Below, one piece after another: positions 39,641 through 53,239 of a stretch of 64,000 nt of DNA; position 1 is the first letter of the stretch, and each line of letters begins with the position of its first letter. Source of the stretch: Eledone cirrhosa. Its lineage: Eukaryota. The DNA lies in assembly GCA_964016885.1 (NCBI GenBank), contig OZ024741.1:56606001-56670000 (forward strand), given 5' to 3'. The notes under the pieces were generated by a model. The model searched no databases. It was given only the letters and a program-made list of their open reading frames with translations, and was not told where the DNA came from. The position numbers and the translations under genes are program-made.

Positions 39641-39895
39641 AGAATAATTTGTGACGAAATACATTTCTCTGTGGAGAGAAATATATCGATAAAGAATGCT
39701 TTCAGAGATTTATTTAAAAGTATTTATTTACTCAAGATTGGAAACAAAACGGAAGTTAAGTTTTAAAGTTAAGGCTAGGGTATTGGAAGTGGAATGATTT
39801 GGAATACCCCCCTCCCCCCACATGTATATATATATTATTTATTTATTTATTGAGCACTGTTTTCCTTTATCCTTTTCACGTTTACGGATATTGAT

Positions 39896-39982
<87 letters not shown>

Positions 39983-41174
39983 CACACACACCCACACACA
40001 TATATATATATAAGGTAGATCAAAACCTATGTATTCTTCATGTGAGTATATAGTTGTGTATGTATGTACATATATATATATATACATATATACAAGAATG
40101 ATGAGGTTGTTCTACTCACATGGCTTAAGAGGCTGTTTGCATGATTGCAAACGAATCGAATATTATTATTAATATTCGAAAACCTCGGATTTACATTTCT
40201 TGTATTCAGCCAAGTAGAACGATGAAACGATTTGTTAGTTATATATACACAGTTATCTGTATATGTGTGTGTTTGTATATACATATATGTATGTGTATGT
40301 ATTTATATTGGAGTGTATGTACGTATGTATGTTGGAGTGTATGTGTAGTGTATGTGTATATAACCATACATACATGTAAAACCACTCAGCTAACCCACAT
40401 CCTATCTACTATTATTACCTCATTAATAGAATATGATATACGTATGTATGTACTTCACACATGCTGCTACAGGACATAGACACACATATCAGTGGACACA
40501 AATAGAATCTTGCATGTGTATGTCTGTGTGGGCACACATATACCCACACGTGTGTGTGTCAACGTCTGTGTGTCTGTGTGTCTGTGTATATATGTGTGTA
40601 TGTGTGTGTGTGCACACGTACGCGTTATCACAATATATTCGTCGTAACTTTTAGGTTAATAGTTCTTCAGACTTATATATCATCCTACTGATTGATACAT
40701 TATGACTAATATAAGCTTCCATAATTTTTATATTGTTTTTTTTTCTTAACATACTATGTAGCTAGAACTAGAATTGGTCATGACTTTAATTAATAAGTGT
40801 CATAAAAGTGATAAGTCCTAATTTCACTCCTATAATGTTTATTCGACTCAATATACAAGTATTAAATATAACAGTCAAACTAACCACTTTATAGTATGAG
40901 TATTACTAAAAATGTTACTGTAGGCGTCTAATCTTCCATAATTGTTTAACGTTTCCCCCACTATATGTAAAGCTTGTTGACGTTTTGCGAATGTTTCGTG
41001 TTTGGAGTCACTCGACATGTTGTTGGTAAAAGAATATCTTTTTTATATTATTTGATGATTCTAATGAATTCCATGCAGTGGAATTGAATGCTACCTCCTT
41101 CTATTAAATAATGTATTAAACCTTTATTTATCCATTTATTTATTTATTTATTACACACACACATATATACAATA

Positions 41175-41365
41175 ATAATTGTTTCTGCTTTTAGGCACAA
41201 GGCCAGCAATTTTGGGGGCAGGGGAAAGTCGATTAAATCTACCCCAGTGCATTACTGGTACTTTATTTTATCCACCCCATTTAACTTCGGCGGGAGTTGA
41301 ACCCAGAACGTAAAGGGCCGTAACTCTATACCGCAAACATATTGTCAGACGCCAATTCGCCAATT
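41175..41365 (-). mobile_element. tRNA-derived SINE with internal deletion
   Basis: SINE tail and core present; the gtaaggatgaaaggcaaag segment is missing. Confidence 0.8.
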
Positions 41366-41984
41366 CGCAATGACAATGAATACGAGGGTTAGATTTCCAT
41401 AATTCTCTTTATTACGTAATTCGGTGCAGTATCAGTCTTTTTATGACGCAATGATACCATTACACAATTATTGACACGACTTCTTCAGACAGCATTTTTG
41501 ATAATACATTTTTAGACAATGCAACCTAGTGACTTGAAGACGGACCTATTTTTGATGTTACTATTTCAAATTTCCTATCAATATGATTAATTTTACAGTG
41601 CGTGTTGGCTGACGTGATTTGGAAATAGAGGCTTAATTGCACCACTATTCCTTTGTCTAAGATATCTGGTTTCCAACTTGATTAATGAGATATTTCAAAG
41701 ACATACCACACCAATAGACCTTAATTCGTTTCCCGTCACTTGTGGTAAGAAATTTCAAACATTGATGCGACAGTCAACAAGTTGGTTTCCGTTAATAAAT
41801 TAGTTTTATCTTCCAGAACTGGTTGGGTAATGGACCTTTATCAAATTTATGGTACCGTTTGTCTCCAATTACTACTATTGTTCGAGTTCAGTGACAAATT
41901 GCACATGAATACATTGATAAATTAAATATAACTTACAACAATGTAATAATGGAGGAATAGACGCATAGGCACGTACGCATTTAG

Positions 41985-42143
<159 letters not shown>

Positions 42144-42183
42144 ATTTCACCCTTGCATACATATACATATATATATATACATA

Positions 42184-42258
<75 letters not shown>

Positions 42259-42623
42259 ACATATATATATATATACATACACTCTACTTTCCGAGGTATT
42301 GAGAACTAAACTGAACAATAGTCTTACTAGTCTAAACTGGTAACTCCCAATCTATATACATATATACAGATATATATTATTTAAGGTAATACATCGAAAT
42401 TGCCACAACATTGCGGCAACATATTTAGGGCAGTCCCTATACACTCAGTGATGCGAGAAATGAATTATTTGCATCAGAGTGTACTCTTTCGATATTAGAA
42501 GGAAATGCCATGAATAATATTTAGACCGTTTGAATGTCATCTACAACAGTTAACAACAAATACCAAGGAGAATGAGATATCACTCCGATGCACAGAATCC
42601 AGTAAATAACCTGTGTATTTGTA

Positions 42624-42715
42624 TACACGGATTGGCATGTAGATAACCCGCGTACATGGATACACGGATTGACATGCAAATAACCCGCGTACCTGCATAC
42701 ACACATTGACAGATG
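42624..42715 (+). repeat. 37-bp minisatellite, about 2.5 units
   Basis: tacacggattg.catg.a.ataacccgcgtac at 42624 and 42661. Confidence 0.75.
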
Positions 42716-42764
42716 ACAAATTTATTGTATAAGGTGAGAAAAAAATAATGTAAGGTGTAAAAAT

Positions 42765-42953
42765 AATAATTGTTTCTACTTTTTGGCACAGGGCCAGCAA
42801 TTATTCCAGTGTATTACTGGTACTTTATTTTATCGACCCCGTAAGGATGAAAGGCAAAGTTAACCTCAACGGGATTTGAACTCAGACCATAAAGGGCCGT
42901 AACTCTTTGCTGCAAAGCATGGCGTCTGACCCTCTACCGATACTGCCAATCCA
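42765..42953 (-). mobile_element. tRNA-derived SINE
   Basis: SINE core. Confidence 0.9.
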
Positions 42954-43815
42954 CAACAAATAATATATAACTGCCTACACGAAGAGCAACAGGAGTGTAA
43001 ATACATACATTAACATACAACAAATATAAGTGCACGTAACAGAAACTATGGTAGAAAATTAATGAAAATATAATTAAAGTTACTATACATGTTCCAAACT
43101 GGATATGAAGTAGAAGTTGTATTAACTAAGAGTTAATACATCTTCTGCAGGTGAAGCGTAATAACAGCCGGCGGTTATTGGATAGATCTGAAAGTTACTG
43201 GTTTTCTTGATAAAGGTGTGAAAATATTAGATGTTAAATTAATAATATTAGGTCTCTAAATTAATGAGTCAAATAAATAAAGAGTCCTAGTTTTGTCACT
43301 GTCCTAATACATACACTGCAGAGACGTTATTATAATGTGTTCAATAATAGACGATGTTGACTTCGCTTGACTCACTATAAATGTTCATCGGAGTTCTATC
43401 CATCTGATGTCACGAGAGGGAATCCAATTAGTCAGATCCACTGACGGTATGATGTTCCAGTGTTGCATTTCCAATTTATTTATAAACTTATTCTACGGGT
43501 TATTTCAAAATTATGACTTTCACTCGAAGTTAAAAGGATTTTTAATGTTTTTGTTCTTCCTTATTGTCAAATCGAAAAAGAATGTATGCCATCGTATTTT
43601 GTGTGTTCGTTTGTAGGAAAGTCTGTCGGGTGTACTCACATCTATTTGGTGTGAGGATATTCCGAGGGTTTCAGAGAATATAAATGCTTTCATTTCTCCT
43701 TTACATCACAAAGAGTTCGATTATTTTAGGAGATATATTTTCTTATATATTTTTTAATCAATACAACCTAGAGACACAGAAACGGACTTGTTTTTTTATG
43801 TTACTATTTCAAAAG

Positions 43816-43926
<111 letters not shown>

Positions 43927-44124
43927 ATACTTTTAATTTTAATGTTTTTCCTATGCTTCTATTAGCTTATATTCTCTTCACGCTGGTGTTTTGAAATTCC
44001 TGTAAATTTCACTCTTCTGTGATTTTCCTCTCTCTATATTGTATTTTAAAGTACCCAGGAAAACTCTTTCCCTTGAACTCATTTAATTACAGGATTATAC
44101 GCGAGTCCCTTACTCCGTTATTTT

Positions 44125-44155
<31 letters not shown>

Positions 44156-44159
<4 letters not shown>

Positions 44160-44269
44160 ATGTTCAAGACCCCGACGGCAGAGCTCAAGCCGTTTCGACG
44201 GCTATTTCTGAGTCCAGAAATAGCCGTCGAAACGGCTTGAGCTCTGCCGTCAGGGTCTTGAACATTTTC
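44156..44269. repeat. Near-perfect palindrome (about 55-bp arms, 4-bp loop) at the 5' end of an (AT)n-embedded insertion
   Basis: gaaaatgttcaagacc..ctatttctg-agtc-cagaaatag..ggtcttgaacattttc. Confidence 0.92.
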
Positions 44270-44349
44270 CTATCACCCACTCTACTACCCAAAGTATTAA
44301 GTACTCTGGTGCATTATGGTCCACTTGGTTCCTTACCACACTTACTTCG

Positions 44350-44458
<109 letters not shown>

Positions 44459-44526
44459 ATGTATGTGTGTGTGTGTGAGTGAGCGTGTGCGCTTGTCAGT
44501 ATGAGTGACTAATATATATATATATA

Positions 44527-47170
44527 TCATCATCATCATCATCATCACCGTTTTACGTCCGTTCTTCCACGCTAGCATGGGTTAGACGGGTTGTCCTGTT
44601 GTGGGCAGTGTCTGGTCGGCTGACCATGCCTTGCTCATACAGGAACTGATCTGGCTTGATTTCTACAGCTGGATGCCCTTCCTAACACCAACCTCATTTA
44701 CAGTGAGTGCTGGGTGCTTTTTCGTGGCGCCTACACGTCCACTTTACAGTGTGGGCTGGGTTTTTTTTTGCCGTGGCACCTCCACGACCACCTTGCGGTG
44801 GGGGGCATATTGTTTATATGCTTCAGCATGTACCCATGGGAGGTCGGGTACCCTGTATTACTGCGTGACGCCAGAAGTCACGGTCGTGTGTCATTGACTT
44901 TGAGAGGTGTAGTTGGGTAAGGTCGGCTTTTATCACCTCATCCCAGGTCATCTTGGGTCTCCCCACTCCGCGGTTTCCATCAACTTCTAGTGCTCTGCAC
45001 CTTTTTATGCAGCTGTCATCCTTCATACGCATCACATGTCCATACCAGCGTAACCGCCTCTCCTGCACGCAGCATTTGATTCCTCTTATGCTCAGTCTCT
45101 CTCTCAATTCCTTTATGCTTTGTCGTTCACGTATATTACTGTTACACATCCATCGGAGCATGCAGGCTTCGTTTCTCTCTAATCTACGTAAGTCTTCCAC
45201 CTTCAGCGCCCAGGTCTCACTACCATGCAACATCGCTGTTCGGATACACGCATCATATAGTCTGCCTTTCATTCTGAGGGAGAAGCCTTTTGCAGCTAGC
45301 AGTGGTAGTAGTTCCCTAAACTTCTTCCATCCCGTTCTTACCCTAGTTATTGTACTTTCTGAGCACCCACCTCCGTTGCTAATTCGGTCACCTAGGTAGC
45401 AGAAGCTGTCTACTGTTTCTACAGGGCCCTCCCAGAGATTGGTGGTACTTGTTTCCTGTGGCTGTTTGCTTGCTGTTTCAGCACAGCTGCTGCATGTGAA
45501 TCCTACATTCTTAATTAAGCTTCCTGAGATCCCGCTACATCTCTTGTGTACCCATTGTTTGCATTTGGGGCAGAGAATGGAGTTCCTACCTACACCTTTC
45601 CTACATACTGAGCAAGGCCATTTCCCTGAGGGGATCTGGGTTCTGTTTTCTCGTCTACTTATAAGGACCTTAGTCTTTGTCATGTTGACTTTGAGGCCCT
45701 TTCTCTCTAGTCCCTGCTTCCAGGTTTGGAATTTATTCTCTAGTTCTACCATAGATTCAGCTATGAGTGCGAGGTCATCAGCATACAGGAGTTCCCATGG
45801 GCATCCGGTCTTAAACTCCTCCGTTATTGCCTGCAGGACTATGATGAACAGGAGAGGGTTAAGAACAGAGCCCTGGTGGACCCCAACCTGTACGCTAAAT
45901 TCCTCGCTATACTCATTGCCAATCCTAACTTTGCTGACTGCTCCCCTATACATGGCTTGTACCGCTTTCACAAGCCATTCATCTACTCCTAGTTTTCTAA
46001 GAGCCCACCAGATTACTGCACGTGGAACTCTGTCAAAGGCTTTCTCAAGGTCGACAAATGCCAAGTAGAGTGGCTTACTTTTAGCTAGGTACTTTTCCTG
46101 TAATTGCCTCACAAGGAAGAGGGCATCAGTGGTGCCTTTCCCTGGTACAAACCCAAATTGCATCTCGTCTATATTCACCCGGTCCCTAATCAGCTGTGCT
46201 ATAACTCTTTCTGTTACTTTCATGACTTGGTCCATCAACTTTATACCTCTATAGTTTCCTCTATCTAGTGCATCGCCTTTACCTTTGTTGCAGTTGACAA
46301 TGATGCTACTGCACCAATCTTTTGGTATGGCCCCCTCTAGTATTACCTGGTTAACGATACGTGTGGTTATAGTGTGACCTACCGACCCAGATGCCTTCAG
46401 CATCTCGGCAGCTATACCCGATGGACCGGTTGCCTTCCCTATCTTCATATCTCTGATTGCCTTGCTTACTACGCTGCCGCTGACTTGTACTGCTGGTCCC
46501 TCTATAGGGTCTACGTGGGGTAGGGTCTCTTCTTCCCATGCATTCTCCTCATTTAGTAATCTATCATAATGACTCTTCCATGCATCTTTCTTCTCAGCAC
46601 TTGTGAGGGCAAGCTCACCCTTATCATTCCGGATACACTTCTCTCCAATGACATCACAACTATCTCTGACACACTGCCTCGCAATCTTGAATACCTCCTG
46701 TTTCTGGTCCTCACGTTGTAAAACATGCTTGAATTTTCTATCCTCTGCTTCCCTCCTAGCTAAGTATACTTGTCGCCTAGCTTCCCTCTTGGTCTCTATG
46801 TAATGTACCCTGCTCCCCCCGTTCTTCCATTCTTTCCATGCCTGTCTCTTGGCCTTGACTGCTTCATCTACCTTATTGTTCCACCACCAAGTCACTCTCC
46901 TCCTGCTTGAGGTCTTACTCCAGCCACAAACCTCATCCGTCGCCTCTAGTAAGTTATTTTTTAGGAACTTCCAGTTCTCTTCTACGTTAAATGTCTCTAT
47001 CTGTTCTTCTTTACTGTCGTAGGCGTTGAGTAAAATATCTTTAAATCTGTTACTGGTTCAGGGGACTTTCAGCTTCCAGATCTTTCTTCTCCAGGTTGGC
47101 CTCTGTTTTAGGGCCCGTCTAGTTCTGACCGTGAGGTCGCTGACAACTTAGCTATGTTGGGATGTACATT
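44527..47170 (-). mobile_element. 5'-truncated RTE-clade LINE with (GAT)n tail
   Basis: End of APE domain (SQH..VVSD), RT ORF, about 300-bp 3' UTR ending cggacgtaaaacggt(gat)n. Confidence 0.95.
44823..46895 (-). CDS. RTE ORF2 reverse transcriptase (open 690-codon segment) with internal PHD-like Cys/His finger
   Basis: NYRGIKL, QFGF, FVDLEKAFDRV, GVHQGSVLNPLLF, LYADDL, CSVC..C..C..WVHKRC..C..C, FCYLG, RLRWYGHV. Confidence 0.93.
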   Translation of the reverse strand: MTWWWNNKVDEAVKAKRQAWKEWKNGGSRVHYIETKREARRQVYLARREAEDRKFKHVLQREDQKQEVFKIARQCVRDSCDVIGEKCIRNDKGELALTSAEKKDAWKSHYDRLLNEENAWEEETLPHVDPIEGPAVQVSGSVVSKAIRDMKIGKATGPSGIAAEMLKASGSVGHTITTRIVNQVILEGAIPKDWCSSIIVNCNKGKGDALDRGNYRGIKLMDQVMKVTERVIAQLIRDRVNIDEMQFGFVPGKGTTDALFLVRQLQEKYLAKSKPLYLAFVDLEKAFDRVPRAVIWWALRKLGVDEWLVKAVQAMYRGAVSKVRIGNEYSEEFSVQVGVHQGSVLNPLLFIIVLQAITEEFKTGCPWELLYADDLALIAESMVELENKFQTWKQGLERKGLKVNMTKTKVLISRRENRTQIPSGKWPCSVCRKGVGRNSILCPKCKQWVHKRCSGISGSLIKNVGFTCSSCAETASKQPQETSTTNLWEGPVETVDSFCYLGDRISNGGGCSESTITRVRTGWKKFRELLPLLAAKGFSLRMKGRLYDACIRTAMLHGSETWALKVEDLRRLERNEACMLRWMCNSNIRERQSIKELRERLSIRGIKCCVQERRLRWYGHVMRMKDDSCIKRCRALEVDGNRGVGRPKMTWDEVIKADLTQLHLSKSMTHDRDFWRHAVIQGTRPPMGTC

Positions 47171-47185
47171 TATATTGGGATGTAC

Positions 47186-47241
<56 letters not shown>

Positions 47242-47488
47242 TTCTTATTTGATCTTCTATAGACCCCAGTCTATTTATTTAGATTTAATATGTGATCACA
47301 ATTGACTCCTCACGTGTTGGTCGAGCCGTAGTGGCGTAGTCGTAAAATACAGTTTTTTTTCTCGCTCTCCAGGTATGATCAGAACTGCTTTGTTCCAGGG
47401 CGTGTGTAAGAGTGAGAGAGTGTGTGTGTGTGTAGGAGAGAGAGAGAAACAGAGAGAGAGAGAGAGAGAGAAGGAGAGAGAGAGAGAG

Positions 47489-47554
<66 letters not shown>

Positions 47555-48672
47555 GATTATACCAGAATGTCTGTGGTTATTTTGCTTTCTTGATATTTAT
47601 ATTGGCAAAATGTGAAATAATTTAATAGAAGAATTTGTTGAAGGTGAAGTGTTTAGTTCCCGTCTGGGTGTTGTATGTTGCATGTCTTGGTTAGGGGATA
47701 TATGATGTATGTATATATGTACGTGTATATATATACGTTTTTGAATTTGCTTTTCAAGATTTCTTCTCTGAAAACGTGTGTTGAAACAGATATAAAGTAT
47801 AACAATATATATATATATAATAAATAAGATGGATGGTTTTAAATGTATATCCTCTGTTATACGTATTTTAAAGACGTCAAAGTGATTGTATAATAACCCT
47901 TTGATGTGTTCTCTTCAGACGGGTGCAAAGTTGTGGTGTTTTTGTTATTGATATGTTACTGGAGTTATGATCGTTGTGGTAGCGGTCCACTCCAGTAATC
48001 ATATGATTTGGATGGGTAGTAGGCAGATAGGATACGGGGATGTTATTCGTGCTAAGTTAAGGTACCAAATTGCCAGAGGGGTCAGTTGTTGGATTATCTG
48101 ATCAACCAACTTTCCTAAATTGGATAATATGTGTTTGTGTGTGTGTGTGTGTGTGTGCGCGCATGTGTGTCTAATTTCCACATTATATTTCTTATATTCC
48201 CAAGTACTTTCGTGTCTTCTGTGACACTCATTGGGTGAATATTAACATGCCTACACTATCTTGCTTGATATTACATAATATTGTGACGATATCTTGGTGG
48301 TGTTTGTGTAGTTAAAAGGGAGATAATCTATTAAGCATTTTTATATTTTATAATTTGGGATGTTATCTATATGACCCCAGTTAATATGGATTCTAGAATA
48401 CAGCAGTTTAACCTAAATTGAATGAAATTAAACTAAATCGACCCGAATCAAACCCAATCAATATTATTGTCCATTTAGTTTGAAAATTTCAATAGATTCT
48501 TTTCTTTTAACTTAACTTAGTCATGAAGTTTATGATATGTAAATATTTACTACACTAACGTCACCTAGATATCAACGCCAATAATATTTATCAAGATAAC
48601 ATGGCCATGATAACATTCACCAGAAGACAGAGAGTTCACGTGAAAACCCAGCTGTGTTGAAATTTTACTGAT

Positions 48673-48730
<58 letters not shown>

Positions 48731-48732
<2 letters not shown>

Positions 48733-49946
48733 TCGTCTCGGTGGTAGTTCCCCCATCGCCCGCCACTTCGGTGCCCCTGGACATTCCGCACGCCATCTCA
48801 CAGTCTGTGGCCTACTCCAATGCCACGGAACACCCGCCAATCTCCTTAGAGTCGAACAAAGAACCATCTTCATCTTACAGACCCACACTCCCCCCGGCCT
48901 GAACTCCCCACCCTTATTCCTTTAGCCTTCGACCGCCCCCTCCCCCCACACATATCCCCCACTAACACCACTAACACCCCTCCTTTTCACCGCCCACCCC
49001 ACAACTAACAATACTAACACCTCCACTCCACCCCTCATCCGACCACCCTTCCCCAACTAACATACTAACATCCCTCCCTTCTTCTCCTCCCCCCTCCTTA
49101 TCACACGCACACACCCACCGGCACATATATACACGCGCTCACACTAAACACACACCCTACTACCACCACTAACCCTCACCCCCACACCTCCACCCACCAC
49201 CCCGAAACTAACCTCACTAACACCCCCTGACCCCAAGCACACGAACACACGCACCCACTTACACCACCCACCCCACACGCAACTAACATCACTAACACCC
49301 CCCAACCCCACGCACACGTACCCACACACCCTCGTACACCACCAACTCTACACACCCTACCACCACTAACCCCCACTCACACATGCATTCAACCCTTTCT
49401 CCACACTCACTCATCCCACTAACACCTCTACTAATACACGCACACACCCTCCTCACTCCAACTTTCACACCTACCCATCCTCGCCCCTTTACCATTCCAC
49501 CCGACTGCTGCTATGCCCTCTGACCACCTCCCAGCACAAACAGACACACAGCACTCCCACCCCCTTGACCACTTCCTGTTGCGCGCGCACCCCACATCTC
49601 TCCTCTTCCGACCATCTCTTCATGGAATACTCGTATGTGGAACTTGACCACCGCGGAATCTACTAACATCATAGGAATTTACCAACATTTCAACCATCCT
49701 CTTACGGAATGACCTATATAACTCACCCACACACACACACCCCAAAAAAAATTTTTCTCCCACACGCCACCTACACCCACAACACGCTTAAACCCCACAC
49801 ACACGTGCTTTCCACCACATATTTACCCTCAGCCTCCTGATTCCTCTCCCCCCACCCCTCTATCCACACACGCACAGACACTCCGACCTACACCCCCCCA
49901 CACACCTCTTCCTGAACATGCAACCCCGTTCTTCCCCTAACCCTTG

Positions 49947-49989
<43 letters not shown>

Positions 49990-50403
49990 ACACCTACACA
50001 CACACACCACCTCCAGCCCTCCCCGCTCGGACATCCCGTCTCCCTCTCCCCACTCCACCCGCCACCACCCCTACACACCCCACACCCTTCCACCACCTGT
50101 TTTACTCCTTTTTAATTTCAGTTTATTTTGATCATGCTTTTATATTTATTTTTATTTCATTTATTTTGATTTTGATCATGCTTTATTTTTGTTTTTATTT
50201 TTAATTTCATTCGCACCGTTTCCTTTCGCTATATGTCTCTCCACCACTCCCCTACACACCCTTTGAACTCTGTTCCCACACACTTCTCACCTGAGGAAGA
50301 GCTTATGCCCGAAACGTCGTTCCCACCACCACCTCCAGAGCGTGAAATTAATAAACATTCGTTGTACTGCCTCTCTGTTTTGTTCCTGTTCACATTTTCC
50401 ATT
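48731..50403 (+). mobile_element. 3' portion of a Neptune-like PLE: GIY-YIG C-terminus, C-rich 3' UTR, hammerhead pLTR
   Basis: 48731-48925 translates SPIARHFGAPGHS..LTVCGL..RVEQRTIFILQTHTPPGLN..*; hammerhead at 50285-50320; AATAAA near 50350; ends at (AT)n. Confidence 0.85.
50285..50320 (+). ncRNA. Minimal hammerhead motif
   Basis: tcac-CTGAGGA-agagc ttat gccc-GAAAC-GTC-gt. Confidence 0.75.
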
Positions 50404-50423
50404 ATATATATATATATATATTA

Positions 50424-50643
50424 AAGCAGATTAAAAGTTTAATAAAAAAAAAGTTCTACTTTTACCCTAAGCGAAATCATCTGAATTTCAGATGATCCCG
50501 CTTAGGGTGAAAGTAGAATTTTTTGCTTAAACTTTTAATCTGTTCTAATAATAAATATTTGCTCTGCGGGTTTATATATACTGATATATATATAAAAAGC
50601 CCTTATCGAGCCCTCTTTAGATTTTGGTATTTGTATTTATTAT

Positions 50644-50650
<7 letters not shown>
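50424..50650. repeat. Foldback copy of the 17101/25940 family
   Basis: 50424-50485 is inverted relative to 50487-50545 around tctgaa-t-ttcaga. Confidence 0.8.
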
Positions 50651-50685
<35 letters not shown>

Positions 50686-50692
<7 letters not shown>

Positions 50693-51004
50693 GACTGAAT
50701 AAAAAATGGCGTAGGCATACAACACAACAGGAGGAACAATGAATATAACACCACTGACGATGTTGCAGATGTGCAACGAAAGATTTATGTAAATTATGTA
50801 AACTATATATATATATATGTGTTTGTGTCTATATTGTATCTGTATTATTTTTGACCGCCGGTCAGTCAATGGCAACATTGAGGACCGAGTAAGTTAGATC
50901 GCAGATATAATAAAAGACAGCGAGAAGCGAAAACCAACCAAACAGTGAGTGTGTTCTGTTATTAATTCTGGCAATATTACGCAAATATGACCCTCCCCAA
51001 GTAT

Positions 51005-51010
<6 letters not shown>
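50686..51010 (+). mobile_element. Solo 3' end (pLTR) of the PLE at 56917-60781
   Basis: Near-identical to 60457-60781; includes CTGACGA-tgttgca gatg tgcaac-GAAA. Confidence 0.9.
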
Positions 51011-51102
<92 letters not shown>

Positions 51103-51119
51103 TGTGTGTGTGTGTGTGT

Positions 51120-51290
51120 GCAAAAGGTGAACAGAAATAACAAAGCAAACGTCACAGTACCATGAAAAATATATTAGTTTTACGCTTAATATAGTAGGAA
51201 AAGAGTCTTAAAGTTTCGGACGCTAGTCCTTTATCAGAAAATAGAATGAAAAAGTAAAGAAGAAAAAGAAAGATAAAGGAGAATGAGCAG
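51120..51290 (-). mobile_element. Neptune-like pLTR fragment with hammerhead at 51206-51240
   Basis: Minus strand CTGATAA-aggac tagc gtcc-GAAAC-ttta; downstream sequence resembles 50340-50400. Confidence 0.6.
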
Positions 51291-51309
51291 TGACAGAAAC
51301 GAAAAATCA

Positions 51310-51840
51310 GATCTATTCAGGTCGCCATCTCTAGGAAAACTGTTGAGTTCAGCGTTGGTATATGAAGTCCTGTATATATATTTCATTGAAAGGTTACTTT
51401 CACAGAACCATTTCTGTTTCATTCTATTTCACCACCGATATTTCCAGGATATTTAAAATCTGCTCTGAGCATTCTTGTATATGTTCTATCAAATTTCTTC
51501 TCAAGTCATGTCGTGAGTGTCTGCGAAGTACACCCGTACAGCAGGACTGACTCAAATGCTGCTTGGAAGAATTCGCGTTTCATTTGTTTGGGGGGGGGCT
51601 TCGATTTTCAAATGTTAGTCAGTTTTTCCAAGGTATCCCGAGATTTGCCGATGAATGTATTTACGTCGCTTTCAGTGAGAACTTGTTTCGAGATTTTGCT
51701 TCCAAAATAGGTGAACTTGTCAATTTCCTTCATCGGTTTACATCGGTTTACCAGCTAGCAAATTTATACTGCCATCCTGGTTGTAACACATGTATTCTGT
51801 CTCGTCTGCATTCACATAGAATCTGATATCTCTGTGCAGC
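51310..51840 (-). mobile_element. Old RTE LINE fragment (RT C-terminus)
   Basis: KFTYFGS..DVNTFIGKS..KREFFQAAFESVLLYG..LEKKFDRTYTRMLR. Confidence 0.75.
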
Positions 51841-52206
51841 AGGGATTCTATCTACCTATGTATCTATCTGTTCATGTATATTTACCAATGTATCTATCTT
51901 CGGACAAAACAACAATAACAAAAACAAAAATGTACGAATCCAATGACAGCCCGAAGATAAATACATACATAGTACAAAATCATCGTAATTTAGTGGATAT
52001 ATGTTAGATAATGCTTAAAGATAATATTGAAGGAAATTATTGTAATTGATTTAAATGTATGTAAAATGAAATACGGCAATGCCCAGAGTAACAAGAGGGA
52101 GGTCAAGGATAATCGAGGATTCAAGTATCTTTATACAGAATGTTGTAATCAATGAATTATCAAATTAATATCTTTTTGCTATAAACCCACCATTTTTGAC
52201 GGATAC

Positions 52207-52313
<107 letters not shown>

Positions 52314-52324
52314 CACACAGAGAC

Positions 52325-52361
<37 letters not shown>

Positions 52362-52421
52362 AGAGAGAGCGGGAGAGGCAGAAGTATATATATATATAGA
52401 GAGAGGGGGAGGGATATATAT

Positions 52422-52452
<31 letters not shown>

Positions 52453-52905
52453 TGCTTAAGCATTATAATTGAACAAGCCATTGTGAAACAAGCACTATAC
52501 ATATTTGCTTGTGAATGTGAATACACATTGTGGAAATATACGATCAATATGGATAACAGCAAACTATTTGGAATTGAAAAACCAAACCATTAATAGCTTT
52601 CATGTAATATTAATGAGAAAAATGATATATCCATAATTAACAAGGTGAGCAAAAAGGTTAAAGCTGGGATACTAATTAAAGACATTATACGAAAATTGAT
52701 GTTCATTACAATAACACATAATTAGTGATGAATTTAGAATGTATGTTAGCTTGAATTTATCAGCAACCACTTTTTTCCCGTTTCTAGGGGCTTATATTCC
52801 CTACTTGTCGACTATTTTCATAGTCAAACATCTGTTGTAAACTTCAACTATCTGTTGAAAGGTTCCAAAAATACAATTCTCTCTCTCTATCTCCCCCTCT
52901 CTATC

Positions 52906-52968
<63 letters not shown>

Positions 52969-53004
52969 GTCTTTCTCTCTCTTTCTTTATCTCTCTCTTT
53001 TTCG

Positions 53005-53045
<41 letters not shown>

Positions 53046-53090
53046 ACTCTCTCTTTCACTATATATATATATACAGAGAGAGAGAGAGAA

Positions 53091-53182
<92 letters not shown>

Positions 53183-53239
53183 AAAGGATACAAAAAAAGA
53201 AAATAATAAAACACCAAAAACCTCACCCTAAAGATAGAT

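Noticed and set aside
44953-46803. Plus-strand ORFs of 148, 209 and 66 aa
   Set aside because: Antisense to the RTE reverse transcriptase, with no independent motifs
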